From NCBI RefSeq assembly GCF_008065095.1, contig NZ_CP042911.1, positions 3,210,001-3,242,000 on the forward strand: DNA of 32,000 nucleotides, given 5' to 3'. The position numbers and the translations under genes were made by a program. Shown in pieces: positions 1-9,592 of this stretch; position 1 is the first letter of the stretch, and every line of letters starts with the position of its first letter. The notes under the pieces are model-generated. The model searched no databases and was not told the DNA's origin. It worked only from the letters and a program-made list of their open reading frames with translations. This DNA is from Gemmata obscuriglobus (GTDB lineage: Bacteria; Planctomycetota; Planctomycetia; Gemmatales; Gemmataceae).

Positions 1-2
1 AC

Positions 3-1193
3 GGGGCGTCTGACTTCTACTGCACCCGCGGCGGCGTGTTCGCGTTCTCACAATCCGAGCCCGAGATTCGCGCCGTGATCGAGCGCGACAAGGGGGCCGG
101 GGACAAGCCGCCTTCACTGTCTGCGCGCCTCACCAAGCTCGGCGTTGCCGAGGCCGCCGCGGTGGTACTGGTGAACCCACGGCCGCTCGACGCCGAGTTC
201 ACGGCGAAGGTGGCGGCCGCGCGGGGTGACGAGAAAGCGTTCCTCACGAAGTTTGCCGAGGTGTGGGCCGCGACCGACGCCGCGGCCCTGTACCTGTCGC
301 TGAGCAAGGACGCAGAACTCGGAGTGGCGCTGAATTTTGCGCCCGAGAAGTTGCCCGCGGGCTTGAAGGGGTGGCTGGTCGGGGGGCGAACGCCGTCGGC
401 GCTGTGGAACACCGTACCCGCGAACGCGCTTTTCGCCGCGGCCGGGCGTGTGAAGCCAAACGACCTGTTGGACGCGCTCGCACAATTGGCCCCGATGACC
501 GACAAGCCGGGCGTGCGCGAAACCTTGGGAGAAACGCTCGGCCCCGTTTTCGGTAAGGACAAATGGCCTCTGGTGCTGGACGCACTCGGGCCGGATTGGG
601 GCGTCTGGGTGCAACCGCCTGCGCCAGGAACGGCCGTGCCGGTCGCGGTCGCTGCGGTGAAGGTGGCGACCGTCGGTCCGAAGGGCGCCGACGCCGCGAA
701 AGCGCTGGATCAGGCGCTGGAGTACGGGTTCCAGGTGGCGCGGGTCGCGTACAACGCGAAGAACGAGGAGCAACTCGAACTGAAGGAAGAGACAAGTGCC
801 GGCACGGTCATCAAATCCCTGTCCGGCGGCGCGCTCCCGCCGGGTGTCGTGCCGTCGTTCGCGCTGAAAGACGGTTACCTCCTGCTCGCGACTTCGCCGG
901 ACGCGATCAAGAGCTTTAAGACGCCGACCGCCGACACGGTGCCCCTCGGAGAGGTTCCGTTCGCACGGTTCAATGCGGCGTCGGTGCGCGAGTACCTAGC
1001 CGCACACGGCCCGAAACTCGCGAAACTACTGAACAGCGCTGGTGCGGGCACGGAGGCGTCGCTCGTGGAGCAACTCGGGCAACTCGGGCTGGCCCTGGAA
1101 CCCGTCGAGCGGGTGGAACTGCTCACCCGGGGCGATGATGGCGGGTTAAAGCTGCTGCTGCGGGTGAAAACGGTGAAACCGTTGAAGGAGTGA
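3..1193 (+). CDS. Hypothetical protein, 5'-partial (frame stays open to the window edge upstream of the listed GTG at 36). Possibly DUF3352-like, but not securely recognised.
   Basis: ORF 36..1193 has GC-rich third positions like neighbouring genes. The same frame has no stop back to nt 3 (GASDFYCTRGG...). I recognise no catalytic motif. Confidence 0.6.
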   Translation, partial: GASDFYCTRGGVFAFSQSEPEIRAVIERDKGAGDKPPSLSARLTKLGVAEAAAVVLVNPRPLDAEFTAKVAAARGDEKAFLTKFAEVWAATDAAALYLSLSKDAELGVALNFAPEKLPAGLKGWLVGGRTPSALWNTVPANALFAAAGRVKPNDLLDALAQLAPMTDKPGVRETLGETLGPVFGKDKWPLVLDALGPDWGVWVQPPAPGTAVPVAVAAVKVATVGPKGADAAKALDQALEYGFQVARVAYNAKNEEQLELKEETSAGTVIKSLSGGALPPGVVPSFALKDGYLLLATSPDAIKSFKTPTADTVPLGEVPFARFNAASVREYLAAHGPKLAKLLNSAGAGTEASLVEQLGQLGLALEPVERVELLTRGDDGGLKLLLRVKTVKPLKE

Positions 1194-1267
1194 GCCGCAT
1201 CGTTTGCGGAAGCGCGGGCCGTCCAGAAAAACCGCCCAACGAGCAACTCAACGCTTTTGCGGAACGC

Positions 1268-1453
1268 TCACGCCATCGGCAGCGGCGTGCGGCCCTTTAC
1301 CGCGGGCTCCGGTGCCGGCGCGGCGCACTTGCCGCACCCCGACCCGCACCCGGGCCGCGCGACGAACCACGTTTTCCAGGTCGCGCGCAGCACGTACCCG
1401 ACCGCGCACGCGACCACGACGCCGACACCGATCAACTGAACTGTTGTGGACAC
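1268..1453 (-). CDS. FeoB-associated Cys-rich small membrane protein
   Basis: 61 aa with one N-terminal hydrophobic helix (LIGVGVVVACAVGYVL), then CGSGCGKC. It starts 6 nt after the feoB stop on the same strand, which is the typical architecture of this mini-protein family. Confidence 0.7.
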   Translation of the reverse strand: MSTTVQLIGVGVVVACAVGYVLRATWKTWFVARPGCGSGCGKCAAPAPEPAVKGRTPLPMA

Positions 1454-1459
1454 GACCGG

Positions 1460-3721
1460 TCACCCCACGATTAACCGCCCTAGCTGGAACGTGGCCATCG
1501 CCCCCAGGTACGCGAGGGCGGTCATGTAGACGAACGTGAACGCCGGCCACAGCCAGCTTTTGGTCTCGCGTTTGATGGTGGCGAGGGTTGCGGCGCATTG
1601 CGCGCACAGCGCGAAGAACACCATGATCGACAGCGCCACCGGCACCCCGTACTTGCCGCGCACCGGGTCCTGCGCCCAATCCTCCTGGAGGGCCTTCGTG
1701 AGCCCCTCGACCTTCTCCTTCGCCTCGTCGTCGGCGTCCGTGTCGGCGATCGCGCCCGTATCGACCTCGCCGACGTCGTAGAGCAGCCCGAACGTACCGA
1801 CGATCACCTCGCGGGCCGGGAAACTCGCCATCGCGGCCACGCCGATCTTCCAGTCCCACCCGAGCGGCTCGAAGACCGGCTCCATCCGGTGCCCGGCCCG
1901 CCCCAAGAAGCTGTCCCGCTTCCACTCGCCGTTGAGTTTGTCCGGCAGCCCCGCCGCGGCTTCGAGCTTCTCCCGCTCCGCTTTCTCTTCTTCCGTCGCG
2001 TCCTCCTTGCCCTTCAGCTCTTTGAGCCGGTCGGCGCCCTCTTTCACCGCGTCTTCGGCCCGCTCGATGCGTTCCGGGTACGACTCCCCGACCGCGTTCG
2101 TGTACGGGAAGTACAGCAGCGCCCACACGATGATCATGGCCGCCAGAATGACCGTTCCCGCCCGCGTTACGAACGACCAGCCCGCCTCGCCCATCCGTCG
2201 CAGGATCGAAGTGAGCTTCGGGCGACGGTACGACGGCAACTCCATCACGAACACCGGCGGGGCGCCCCGGAGCAGCGTCCGCTTCAGCGCCAGGGCAACG
2301 AGCGGGGCCACCGTGAAGCCGACCATGTACATCGCGAACAGTACCAGCCCGGGGAGCCACGCGGGCGCTCCCGGTTTGGCGACGAACGCCGCGGTGAGCA
2401 GGATGTACACCGGTAGCCGCGCGGAGCAGCTCATCAGCGGAGACACGAGGATCGTCGCGAGCCGGTCCCGGCGGTTCTCGATCACCCGCGTCGCCATGAT
2501 CCCGGGGACGGCACACGCCACGCTCGACAGCATCGGGATGAACGACTTGCCGCTCAGCCCGCACCGGCTCATAACGCGGTCCATGAGGAACGCGGCGCGG
2601 GCCATGTACCCGCAGTCCTCCAGGACCGCAATGAACCCGAACAGGATCATGATCTGCGGGAGGAACACCAGCACGCCGCCGACGCCCTTGATAACCCCGT
2701 CCGTGAGCAGCGCGCGGAACGGCCCGGCGGGCAGAACGCCCTCGGCGCCCTTCGCGACCCAGTTCGGGCCGCCGCCGATCAGTTCCATGAGCGGTTTCGC
2801 CCACAGGAAGATCGACTGGAACATGAGGAACATCACGACCAAGAACACGCCCGTGCCCCAGAGCCGGTGGGTGAGCACCGCGTCGATCCGGTCGGTCCAG
2901 GTGACGGGCGCCACCGCGGGCTTCGTGACGGCCGCCGCGACCGCGGCGCGGACCCAGCCGAACCGCGCTCGCGCTTCCACCCCGGGCACCGCGTGCCCGG
3001 CCGCGCTCAGCCGCTCGCGCGCCCCCAGGAGCTTCGCCCGGAGCCCCTCACCGTAGTGCCCCGCGAGCCACTGCTCGGTGTACCCGTTCACGTCGATCAG
3101 CGCCCGGCGCACGAGCACCGCCGGTATCTCGTCGCTGAGTTCTTTTTGGAGCTGGTGCGCCACCTCCTCGAACGCCGGCGGGAACTCGACCCCGCGCGTG
3201 GCGGGGGCCGCCGCCGCCGCGAGGACCGTTTGCGTGAGTTCGGGCAGCCCGGCGCCGCTGTTGGCCTGGATCGGCACCACCGGGACGCCCAGCGCCACCG
3301 CGAGCTTGGCGTAGTTGGTCACCAATCCCTGCGCCTGGGCCGCGTCGATCATGTTCACGGCCACAACGACCGGGACGCCGAGGTCGAGCAACTGGCTCGT
3401 CAGGTAGAGGTGGCGGTCCAGGTTGGTGGCGTCGACCACGGAGACGATGACTGACGGGCGGGGCTCTTCGGGGCGCCGGCCGAGCAGCAGGTCGACCGCG
3501 ACCATCTCGTCGGGGCTACGGGCCGCGAGGCTGTACGTCCCGGGCAGGTCGATGAGGGCGAGCGTCGCCTCGCCGACGCGGCACTCACCCTTCTTCATTT
3601 CGACCGTGACGCCGGGATAATTCCCGATCCGCTGGCGCAGCCCGGAGAGGGCGTTGAACAAGGTCGATTTCCCGGCGTTCGGGTTCCCGACCAGGGCCAC
3701 GGAGAGCGTTGCGGTTGTCAT
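1460..3721 (-). CDS. feoB: Ferrous iron transporter FeoB (N-terminal GTPase plus permease)
   Basis: G1 motif in VALVGNPNAGKSTLFNALSG, followed by a long polytopic membrane domain. I set the start at the internal ATG (MTTATLSVALVG; cat at 3719-3721) rather than the ORF-track start at 3790. Confidence 0.95.
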   Translation of the reverse strand: MTTATLSVALVGNPNAGKSTLFNALSGLRQRIGNYPGVTVEMKKGECRVGEATLALIDLPGTYSLAARSPDEMVAVDLLLGRRPEEPRPSVIVSVVDATNLDRHLYLTSQLLDLGVPVVVAVNMIDAAQAQGLVTNYAKLAVALGVPVVPIQANSGAGLPELTQTVLAAAAAPATRGVEFPPAFEEVAHQLQKELSDEIPAVLVRRALIDVNGYTEQWLAGHYGEGLRAKLLGARERLSAAGHAVPGVEARARFGWVRAAVAAAVTKPAVAPVTWTDRIDAVLTHRLWGTGVFLVVMFLMFQSIFLWAKPLMELIGGGPNWVAKGAEGVLPAGPFRALLTDGVIKGVGGVLVFLPQIMILFGFIAVLEDCGYMARAAFLMDRVMSRCGLSGKSFIPMLSSVACAVPGIMATRVIENRRDRLATILVSPLMSCSARLPVYILLTAAFVAKPGAPAWLPGLVLFAMYMVGFTVAPLVALALKRTLLRGAPPVFVMELPSYRRPKLTSILRRMGEAGWSFVTRAGTVILAAMIIVWALLYFPYTNAVGESYPERIERAEDAVKEGADRLKELKGKEDATEEEKAEREKLEAAAGLPDKLNGEWKRDSFLGRAGHRMEPVFEPLGWDWKIGVAAMASFPAREVIVGTFGLLYDVGEVDTGAIADTDADDEAKEKVEGLTKALQEDWAQDPVRGKYGVPVALSIMVFFALCAQCAATLATIKRETKSWLWPAFTFVYMTALAYLGAMATFQLGRLIVG

Positions 3722-3786
3722 AAGCGTGAGGGGCGCGGGGGTGAAGTGCGGGGTGTGGGGTGAGCCGGCGGACGCTCTCCCGCTCC

Positions 3787-4023
3787 TCACCCACCACCCA
3801 GCACTTTGATAGCGATGCCGGCGGCGTCGCTCTTGCGGAGGCTGAGGCGGGAACGGCCCAGGCCGATTTCGATCGGGTCGCCGAGAGGCGCGCGGGCGAG
3901 CACCTCGACCTGTTCGCCTTCCAGCAGGCCGAACTCGTAGAGGCGCTGAACCAGGGCCGGGTCGCCGGATACGGACACCACTTCGGCCCGCTGCCCGGGA
4001 GAAAGGTCGGCAAGTGTGGACAT
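3787..4023 (-). CDS. feoA: FeoA family protein (copy 1, proximal to feoB)
   Basis: 78 aa small SH3-like FeoA pattern (LSPGQRAEVVSVSGDPALVQRLYEFGLLEGEQVEV), immediately upstream of feoB. Confidence 0.85.
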   Translation of the reverse strand: MSTLADLSPGQRAEVVSVSGDPALVQRLYEFGLLEGEQVEVLARAPLGDPIEIGLGRSRLSLRKSDAAGIAIKVLGGG

Positions 4024-4029
4024 ATCGCG

Positions 4030-4257
4030 TCAGCCCGCCACCGGGCGCACCAGGATTTGCGCGCTGTCAGCCCCGCGGAGGCAGAGCTTGCACCCCGAGA
4101 CGTTCAGCAGACAGGTCGCGCCAGGTTGTACCACCTGCAGCCGACAACCTTGGCGGATGCCGAGTTCGGCGAGGCGACCGACCCATTCGGGTCGACCGCT
4201 CACCTCGGCGACCTCAGCCCAATCGCCGGCGCTCAGCATGTCGAGCGGCAACAACAT
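4030..4257 (-). CDS. feoA: FeoA family protein (copy 2, distal)
   Basis: About 75 aa (LSAGDWAEVAEVSGRPEWVGRLAELGIRQGCRLQVV). Its stop lies 6 nt before the copy-1 start. The ATG at 4255-4257 is preferred over the TTG at 4258-4260. Confidence 0.8.
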   Translation of the reverse strand: MLLPLDMLSAGDWAEVAEVSGRPEWVGRLAELGIRQGCRLQVVQPGATCLLNVSGCKLCLRGADSAQILVRPVAG

Positions 4258-4779
4258 CAACGGCTCGCTTGTTGAGATTTCGTCTCAGATATCTTCGCAC
4301 GCGCTCGGGATCGCGTCAAGGGAGCGCGAGGGAAAAGGTGGGAAATGAGACGACACGCCGTCACGCCGAGCGTGCGGTGACACCAAATTGCTTTGAGGCG
4401 GAGTGGTGTACGAAGCCAGGTATTACCCCGGCATAAAATAATTCACCCACGCCACGTGCTAAATGCGACGCGCGTGCGTGGATGTGAGTTGGCATTCACT
4501 GAGGCAGGCGTGGCCGAGGGGCGAGCATTCCGTCCAAAGTTCAGTGCATCGGGTCGATGCCACCGCGACCACAGACGGTCTCACCAAACCGCTAACCGCT
4601 CAAGAACCGGCCCGGCATGGCGTGTCGCACTTCGTCACTTTGCGTTCCACGTTACTTGATGAAATACTGACGGCATTTGGCCTGTCACGCGACAGCGCCG
4701 AGGCTTCGGGAAAAACGGCAGCAATCGCACCTTGAGGGGGGCAGGGCGGATGCCCCACGCATCACACGCCGAGCACCTC

Positions 4780-5766
4780 TCACGTGCCCGGTTTCCGGGC
4801 CTTCGACGCGTCGTCCTCGTAGGCTTTCACGATGCGCGTGACCAACGGGTTCCGCACGATGTCGGCCTGTTCCAGATGAACGACTGCCAGTCCCTCCACG
4901 TCCTTCAACCGCTGCACCGCGTCTGCCAGACCGCTCCGAACCGTGCGCGGGAGGTCGATCTGGGTCATGTCCCCCGTCACGATGACACGCGAGTTGGTGC
5001 CCATCCGGGTCAGAAACATCTTCATCTGCTCGCAGGTCGCGTTCTGCCCCTCGTCCAGAATGATGCACGCGTGGCTCAGGGTGCGGCCCCGCATGTACGC
5101 GAGCGGCAGGATCTCGATGACCTCGCTCTCCATGTACTTCTTGACGGTGTCGGGCTCCATCATGTCCGCCAGCGCGTCGTAGAGCGGGCGCAGGTACGGG
5201 CTGATCTTCGCGACGAGGTCTCCGGGCAGGAACCCGAGCCGCTCGCCGGCCTCGACCGCCGGGCGCACGAGAACGATCTTCTTAACCTTCTTCGTGTTAA
5301 GCAGTGACACCGCCCACGCGACCGCGAGGTAGGTTTTCCCGCTCCCGGCCGGGCCGACGCAGATCACGGCGTCGTTGGACTGGAGCGCCTGGACGTACCG
5401 GCCCTGGCCGTCGGTCCGGGTGCGCAGGTTCCGGCCCACCTCGGTCGCCGCGAGCGGCGACGCGCCGCGCGCCGTGGCACCCTTGATGACCTCGATCACC
5501 CCGGTCACGTCGCGCTCTTCGAGCCGGCCCCGCTTGCGGACCACCTGCCGCACCTGCTGCAGCGCCCGCTCGAACTGCTCCGCGCCCTCGGACGATCCCT
5601 CGATCCGGAGTTCGGGGTTGCGGTACGTGGCCTTCACGCCGAAGGCGTCGCGCAGGGCGCGCAGGTACTGGTCGCGGGTGCCGAACAGGAGCACGGCCTC
5701 GTCGCGATCTTCAATGACAACGGTGCGAGTCGTCGGTAGCAAATCGGGCATTTCGGGCCTCATCAT
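4780..5766 (-). CDS. phoH: PhoH-family ATPase (PhoH/YbeZ-like)
   Basis: Walker A in VICVGPAGSGKTYLAVAWAV. The PhoH core is present (RPAVEAGERLGFLPGDL...KISPYLRPLYDAL; ILDEGQN; VIVTGDMTQIDLP). The start is uncertain: ATG at 5766, 5763 or 5751. Confidence 0.9.
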   Translation of the reverse strand: MMRPEMPDLLPTTRTVVIEDRDEAVLLFGTRDQYLRALRDAFGVKATYRNPELRIEGSSEGAEQFERALQQVRQVVRKRGRLEERDVTGVIEVIKGATARGASPLAATEVGRNLRTRTDGQGRYVQALQSNDAVICVGPAGSGKTYLAVAWAVSLLNTKKVKKIVLVRPAVEAGERLGFLPGDLVAKISPYLRPLYDALADMMEPDTVKKYMESEVIEILPLAYMRGRTLSHACIILDEGQNATCEQMKMFLTRMGTNSRVIVTGDMTQIDLPRTVRSGLADAVQRLKDVEGLAVVHLEQADIVRNPLVTRIVKAYEDDASKARKPGT

Positions 5767-5889
5767 TTCATCCGGCCACACAGTGGACACGGACGGGCCG
5801 AGCCAAGTTCGGGGCACTTGCGCAGTTAAGATCGGAAGTCCGTTATCGCGTCCATCCGCCAAACCCGGCAAAAATCCGGCGGCGCGGTG

Positions 5890-6765
5890 CTACCGAGCGG
5901 TCAATCCGAACCACAGGTACGCCACCGGAGCCGCGAACAGAACGGAATCCACCACATCGAGCACCCCGCCGAACCCGGGAATGGTCTTCGACGCGTCTTT
6001 CGCGCCGCCCTCACGTTTGACGAGCGACTCTGCGAGGTCACCGAACACCCCGGCCAGTCCCACGACCAGCCCGAACGCAGCGGCCTCGGCGGCACCGTAC
6101 TGGAACACCGGAGCCGTAAACGACAGGCCGACCGCGGCCGCGGCCCCGGTCAGTGCGCCGCCGACGAACCCCTCCCACGTCTTCTTCGGGCTGAGCGTGG
6201 GCGTCATCTTGTGGCGCCCGAGGAAGGTGCCGGTGAAGAACGCCCCGATGTCGTTGCACTTCGGCACGAACACCACCAGCGCGAGCATCGCGGCGGACAC
6301 GTCCGCGTCCCGCGACAGCCACCGCACCTGGGCGAAGAAGCACGGGAGTACGCCCAGGTACACCATCGCGAACGCCGTCAGCCCGAGCCGATCGAGCGCG
6401 CCGCGCTCGCCGGTGTACCGGTTCATTTCGAGCAGAAACGCCCCAATCAGCGCCGCGCCGAGTACCAGCACCAGCATCGCCCACGGGGACGCCGGAGCGG
6501 CACTGAATTGTACGCGCAGCGCGGGGTACCAGTTGGCCAACAGCGCCAGGATTACGCCCGTTGTGACGAGGGGCTCGGACGGCCGCTGGGCGGGCGGGAA
6601 CAGCCGGACGAGTTCGCGCGGCGCGAGCACGCCCACCAACATCAGGAACGCGAACAGGAACGGGAACCACGCGAACCCGCTTTTGGCGAGCCACGAGTCC
6701 CCGAACAGCACGCCCGCGGCCCCCAGCGCGAGAAGCGAACCCACCAACACTCGCGTTCGGATCAT
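5890..6765 (-). CDS. cdsA: Phosphatidate cytidylyltransferase (CDP-diglyceride synthase)
   Basis: Polytopic membrane protein with the CdsA signature SPKKTWEGFVGG...FGDLAESLVKREGGAKDASKTIPGFGGVLD. It begins 16 nt after the uppS stop. Confidence 0.9.
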   Translation of the reverse strand: MIRTRVLVGSLLALGAAGVLFGDSWLAKSGFAWFPFLFAFLMLVGVLAPRELVRLFPPAQRPSEPLVTTGVILALLANWYPALRVQFSAAPASPWAMLVLVLGAALIGAFLLEMNRYTGERGALDRLGLTAFAMVYLGVLPCFFAQVRWLSRDADVSAAMLALVVFVPKCNDIGAFFTGTFLGRHKMTPTLSPKKTWEGFVGGALTGAAAAVGLSFTAPVFQYGAAEAAAFGLVVGLAGVFGDLAESLVKREGGAKDASKTIPGFGGVLDVVDSVLFAAPVAYLWFGLTAR

Positions 6766-6780
6766 GCGTGCGGCCGTGGG

Positions 6781-7554
6781 TCAGGTGGAAGCGTCGGTGT
6801 TCAGCCCGCCGAACCGGCGCTCGCGGCGCGCGTAGTCGCGGAGGGCGGAGTGGAGCAGCGGCGGGTCGAACTCGGGCCAGAACTTCGGCGTCACCCAGAG
6901 TTCGGCGTAGGAGATCTGCCACAGCAGGTAGTTGCTGACCCGCATCTCGCCCGCCGTGCGAACGAGCAGGTCGGGGTCCGGCATTCCGCCCGTGTACAGC
7001 GCGCCGGAAATCGCCCGCTCGTCGATCTCTTCGGGCGCGAGTTCACCGGCCCGCACCCGCCGCGCGAGCGATTGAACGGCGTCCACGATCTCGCCCCGGC
7101 TGCCGTAGTTAATGGCGAGGCAGAGTGTCAGCCCGGTGTTGTGGCGTGTGAGCCGGACGTTCTCGTCGATCTCGGCAAGGACCTCGTCGGGGAGCCCCGC
7201 GCGCCGCCCGATCACCGCGAACCGGATGTTCTGCCGCTGAATCTTCTCGCGCTCGGCGAGGAGGTACTGCTTCAGCAGGGCCATCAGGAAGTCGATTTCG
7301 GGCTTGGGTCGCTTCCAGTTCTCGGAGCTGAGGCAGTAGAGCGTGAGCTGTCCGATCCCGAGCCGGCAGCACTCCTCCGTGATGACATCGACGGAGTGCG
7401 CCCCCTGGGCGTGCCCGTCGGCGCGCTCCTTGCCCTGGCGCTGCGCCCACCGTCCGTTACCGTCCATGATGATGGCGATGTGGCGCGGCAGCAACTCGGG
7501 TGTGAGTCCGAGCGAGGCGGCGTAAACGCGCGGGTCGTGAGCGGTTGAAATCAT
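6781..7554 (-). CDS. uppS: Isoprenyl transferase / undecaprenyl-diphosphate synthase
   Basis: HIAIIMDGNGRWA motif, SSENWKRP, and RTAGEMRVSNYLLWQISYAEL. The start is set at MISTAHD (cat at 7552-7554). The 210-aa N-terminal extension of track ORF 6781..8184 is Arg/Gly-rich junk that overlaps purA. Confidence 0.93.
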   Translation of the reverse strand: MISTAHDPRVYAASLGLTPELLPRHIAIIMDGNGRWAQRQGKERADGHAQGAHSVDVITEECCRLGIGQLTLYCLSSENWKRPKPEIDFLMALLKQYLLAEREKIQRQNIRFAVIGRRAGLPDEVLAEIDENVRLTRHNTGLTLCLAINYGSRGEIVDAVQSLARRVRAGELAPEEIDERAISGALYTGGMPDPDLLVRTAGEMRVSNYLLWQISYAELWVTPKFWPEFDPPLLHSALRDYARRERRFGGLNTDAST

Positions 7555-7652
7555 AAGATCGCACCACAAAGCGGAAGCGAGCACGAAATCAAGCGGACCG
7601 ATCGGCCCGCATCCGCTGTGTGGCCCTTTGTGCCTCCCGGGTGACGCCGACT

Positions 7653-8930
7653 TTACACCATGATGGTCTGTTCGCGGTCCGGACCGACGGACACGACTGA
7701 CACCTTCAAGCCGACCAGTTCCGCCACACGATCGATGTACCGCCGGGCCGCCGCGGGCAGGTCCGACAGCGCCCGCGCCTTGGTGATGTCCTCGGACCAG
7801 CCCGGTACCGTCTCGTACACGGGCTTCACGCGCTCGAGCAGGTAGGCGTCGCTCGGGAAGTAGCCGATCCGTTCGCCGTCCAGTTCGTAGCCGGTGCAGA
7901 TCTTCAGTTCCGGCAACCCGCTCAGCACGTCGAGCAGCATGATGGTGATCTCGTCCGCGCCCGAAAGGGCCGCCGTGTGGCGCACCGCGACCGTGTCGAG
8001 CCACCCGACCCGCCTGGGCCGCCGTGTGACGGTGCCGTACTCGTTGCCGATCTCGCGAATGCGCTGCCCCAGTTCGTTGTCGAGTTCGGTCGGGAACGGC
8101 CCCTGCCCCACGCGGCTCGTGTACGCCTTCACCACGCCGATGATGCGCTGCACGAACTTGGCCGGCACGCCGGTGCCGCCCCAAATACCAGATGGCAGGC
8201 TGCTCGAACTGGTCACGAACGGGAACGTGCCGTGGTCCACGTCGAGCAAACTGCCCTGCGCGGCCTCGAAGATGAACCGCTTGTTCGCCTTCAGGGCATC
8301 GTGCAGATAAAGGGCGGTGTCGCGCACGAACGGCCGCAGCCGTTCCGCGTAGGCCCCGTACTCCGCCGCGAGCTGATCGGCGTCGAACGCCTTCGCGCCG
8401 CTCGAAAGTGCCGCCAGAACCTTGTTCTTGTGCGGAACGATGAACTTCAGCCGCTCGCGCAGGTGATCGGGCCGCAGCAGTTCGCCGACCCGGATGGCGA
8501 ACCGCCGCCCCACCTTATCCTGGTAGCACGGCCCGATGCCGCGCCCGGTTGTGCCGATCTTGCCTTCGGTGCCGCTTTCGAGGACCCGCTCCTCTTCCAT
8601 GTGGTACGGGAAGATGACGTGCGCGTGGTCGCTCACGAACAGCTTGCCGGCGAGGTCGATCCCCCCCTTCGCGAGCGATTCCATTTCCTCAATGAACCGC
8701 GGCGGGTACACCACCACGCCGTTGCCGATCACGGACGTCACGTTCGGCCGAATGACCCCGGTCGGCAGCAGGGACAGCTTGAAGCTCTTGCCGTTGACGA
8801 CGACGGTGTGCCCGGCGTTGGCGCCACCGTTGTACCGCACGACCAGATCGAACCCGTCGCCGAGCAGGTCAACGATCTTGCCCTTGGCCTCGTCACCCCA
8901 CTGCAACCCAACCACGCACGTACCGGGCAT
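7653..8930 (-). CDS. purA: Adenylosuccinate synthase
   Basis: VVGLQWGDEAKGKIVD P-loop, GTTGRGIGPCYQDK, and TVTRRPRRVGWLD. The start is set at MPGTCVV (cat at 8928-8930). Confidence 0.95.
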   Translation of the reverse strand: MPGTCVVGLQWGDEAKGKIVDLLGDGFDLVVRYNGGANAGHTVVVNGKSFKLSLLPTGVIRPNVTSVIGNGVVVYPPRFIEEMESLAKGGIDLAGKLFVSDHAHVIFPYHMEEERVLESGTEGKIGTTGRGIGPCYQDKVGRRFAIRVGELLRPDHLRERLKFIVPHKNKVLAALSSGAKAFDADQLAAEYGAYAERLRPFVRDTALYLHDALKANKRFIFEAAQGSLLDVDHGTFPFVTSSSSLPSGIWGGTGVPAKFVQRIIGVVKAYTSRVGQGPFPTELDNELGQRIREIGNEYGTVTRRPRRVGWLDTVAVRHTAALSGADEITIMLLDVLSGLPELKICTGYELDGERIGYFPSDAYLLERVKPVYETVPGWSEDITKARALSDLPAAARRYIDRVAELVGLKVSVVSVGPDREQTIMV

Positions 8931-9592
8931 TGTGTAAAACCGCCGCGTTGCGAACTCTGTGGTGTAAAGCAACCCGTCTCACGCTAGGTCATGCGGCGGC
9001 ATGCGTCAAGGGAGGGGGGAGCAAGCACCGGGCAATGCCGCGGAGCCGTTTCGCGCGTCGCATGGCGCCCACCCCGGAATCATCCGTTATGGCGTTCAGT
9101 GCAGCGAGAAAGCACCTCCGCGTTTGTGGCACTGGTGCCGGCTCTCCAACCGGCACTTTAAGCACTTCTCCACCTTAATTCCCATTCGCAGCACTTCCAG
9201 AAGTTCCCGCCGCACCCCACACGATGGTTATTGAGATTCTCGTTCGGCAATCAATGTGGCCTCCGCTAGCAATTTTCGGCGGTAAGTGATTAATTAGATT
9301 AATGTTACGCAACTTTCACTCGGTGGGCCGGGCGTGTTTACGGGGCGGTGCGGAGCCTCGTAACGGTGCGAGTGGGTGGTAGCGATGCCCCAGTGAGCGA
9401 CCAGCGAATTGCCAGTCGGACGCCAACTTCTGTCCACTCGGCCCCCCAGCGACTGAAACCGGTCCACGGTGTAACCCTTGTTACAGCGACAGCAGCGAGT
9501 CCGGTCCATTGCGGCCGCACGAAACCGGCCATCGGCCCGTGGTGTTGCACCTCCGCCCAACACCGCCGCTACAAATCAGATGGCACCCGGCA

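Noticed and set aside
1248-2804. 518-aa minus-strand ORF, and plus-strand ORFs 1598..2416 and 1932..3056, overlapping feoB
   Set aside because: Their composition is Arg/Gly/Pro-rich and low in complexity. They overlap the clearly recognisable feoB frame, so they are typical off-frame or antisense shadows of a high-GC gene.
4463-4735. 90-aa plus-strand ORF in the feoA-phoH intergenic region
   Set aside because: Its third-position GC is much lower than in real genes here. It has no RBS and no motifs, so it more likely lies in promoter or leader DNA.
5375-7548. Long plus-strand ORFs (486 aa and 553 aa) opposite phoH, cdsA and uppS
   Set aside because: They are antisense to three genes with unmistakable family motifs. 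The translations are Arg/Ser/Pro-rich with no motifs.
9395-9440. ZTP/pfl-riboswitch-like GACTGGC...CACTGGGG segment on the minus strand upstream of purA
   Set aside because: I could not build the P1/P2 helices, and the second sub-domain (CCGCCTGGGCA-like) is absent. The resemblance is limited to short G/C-rich words.
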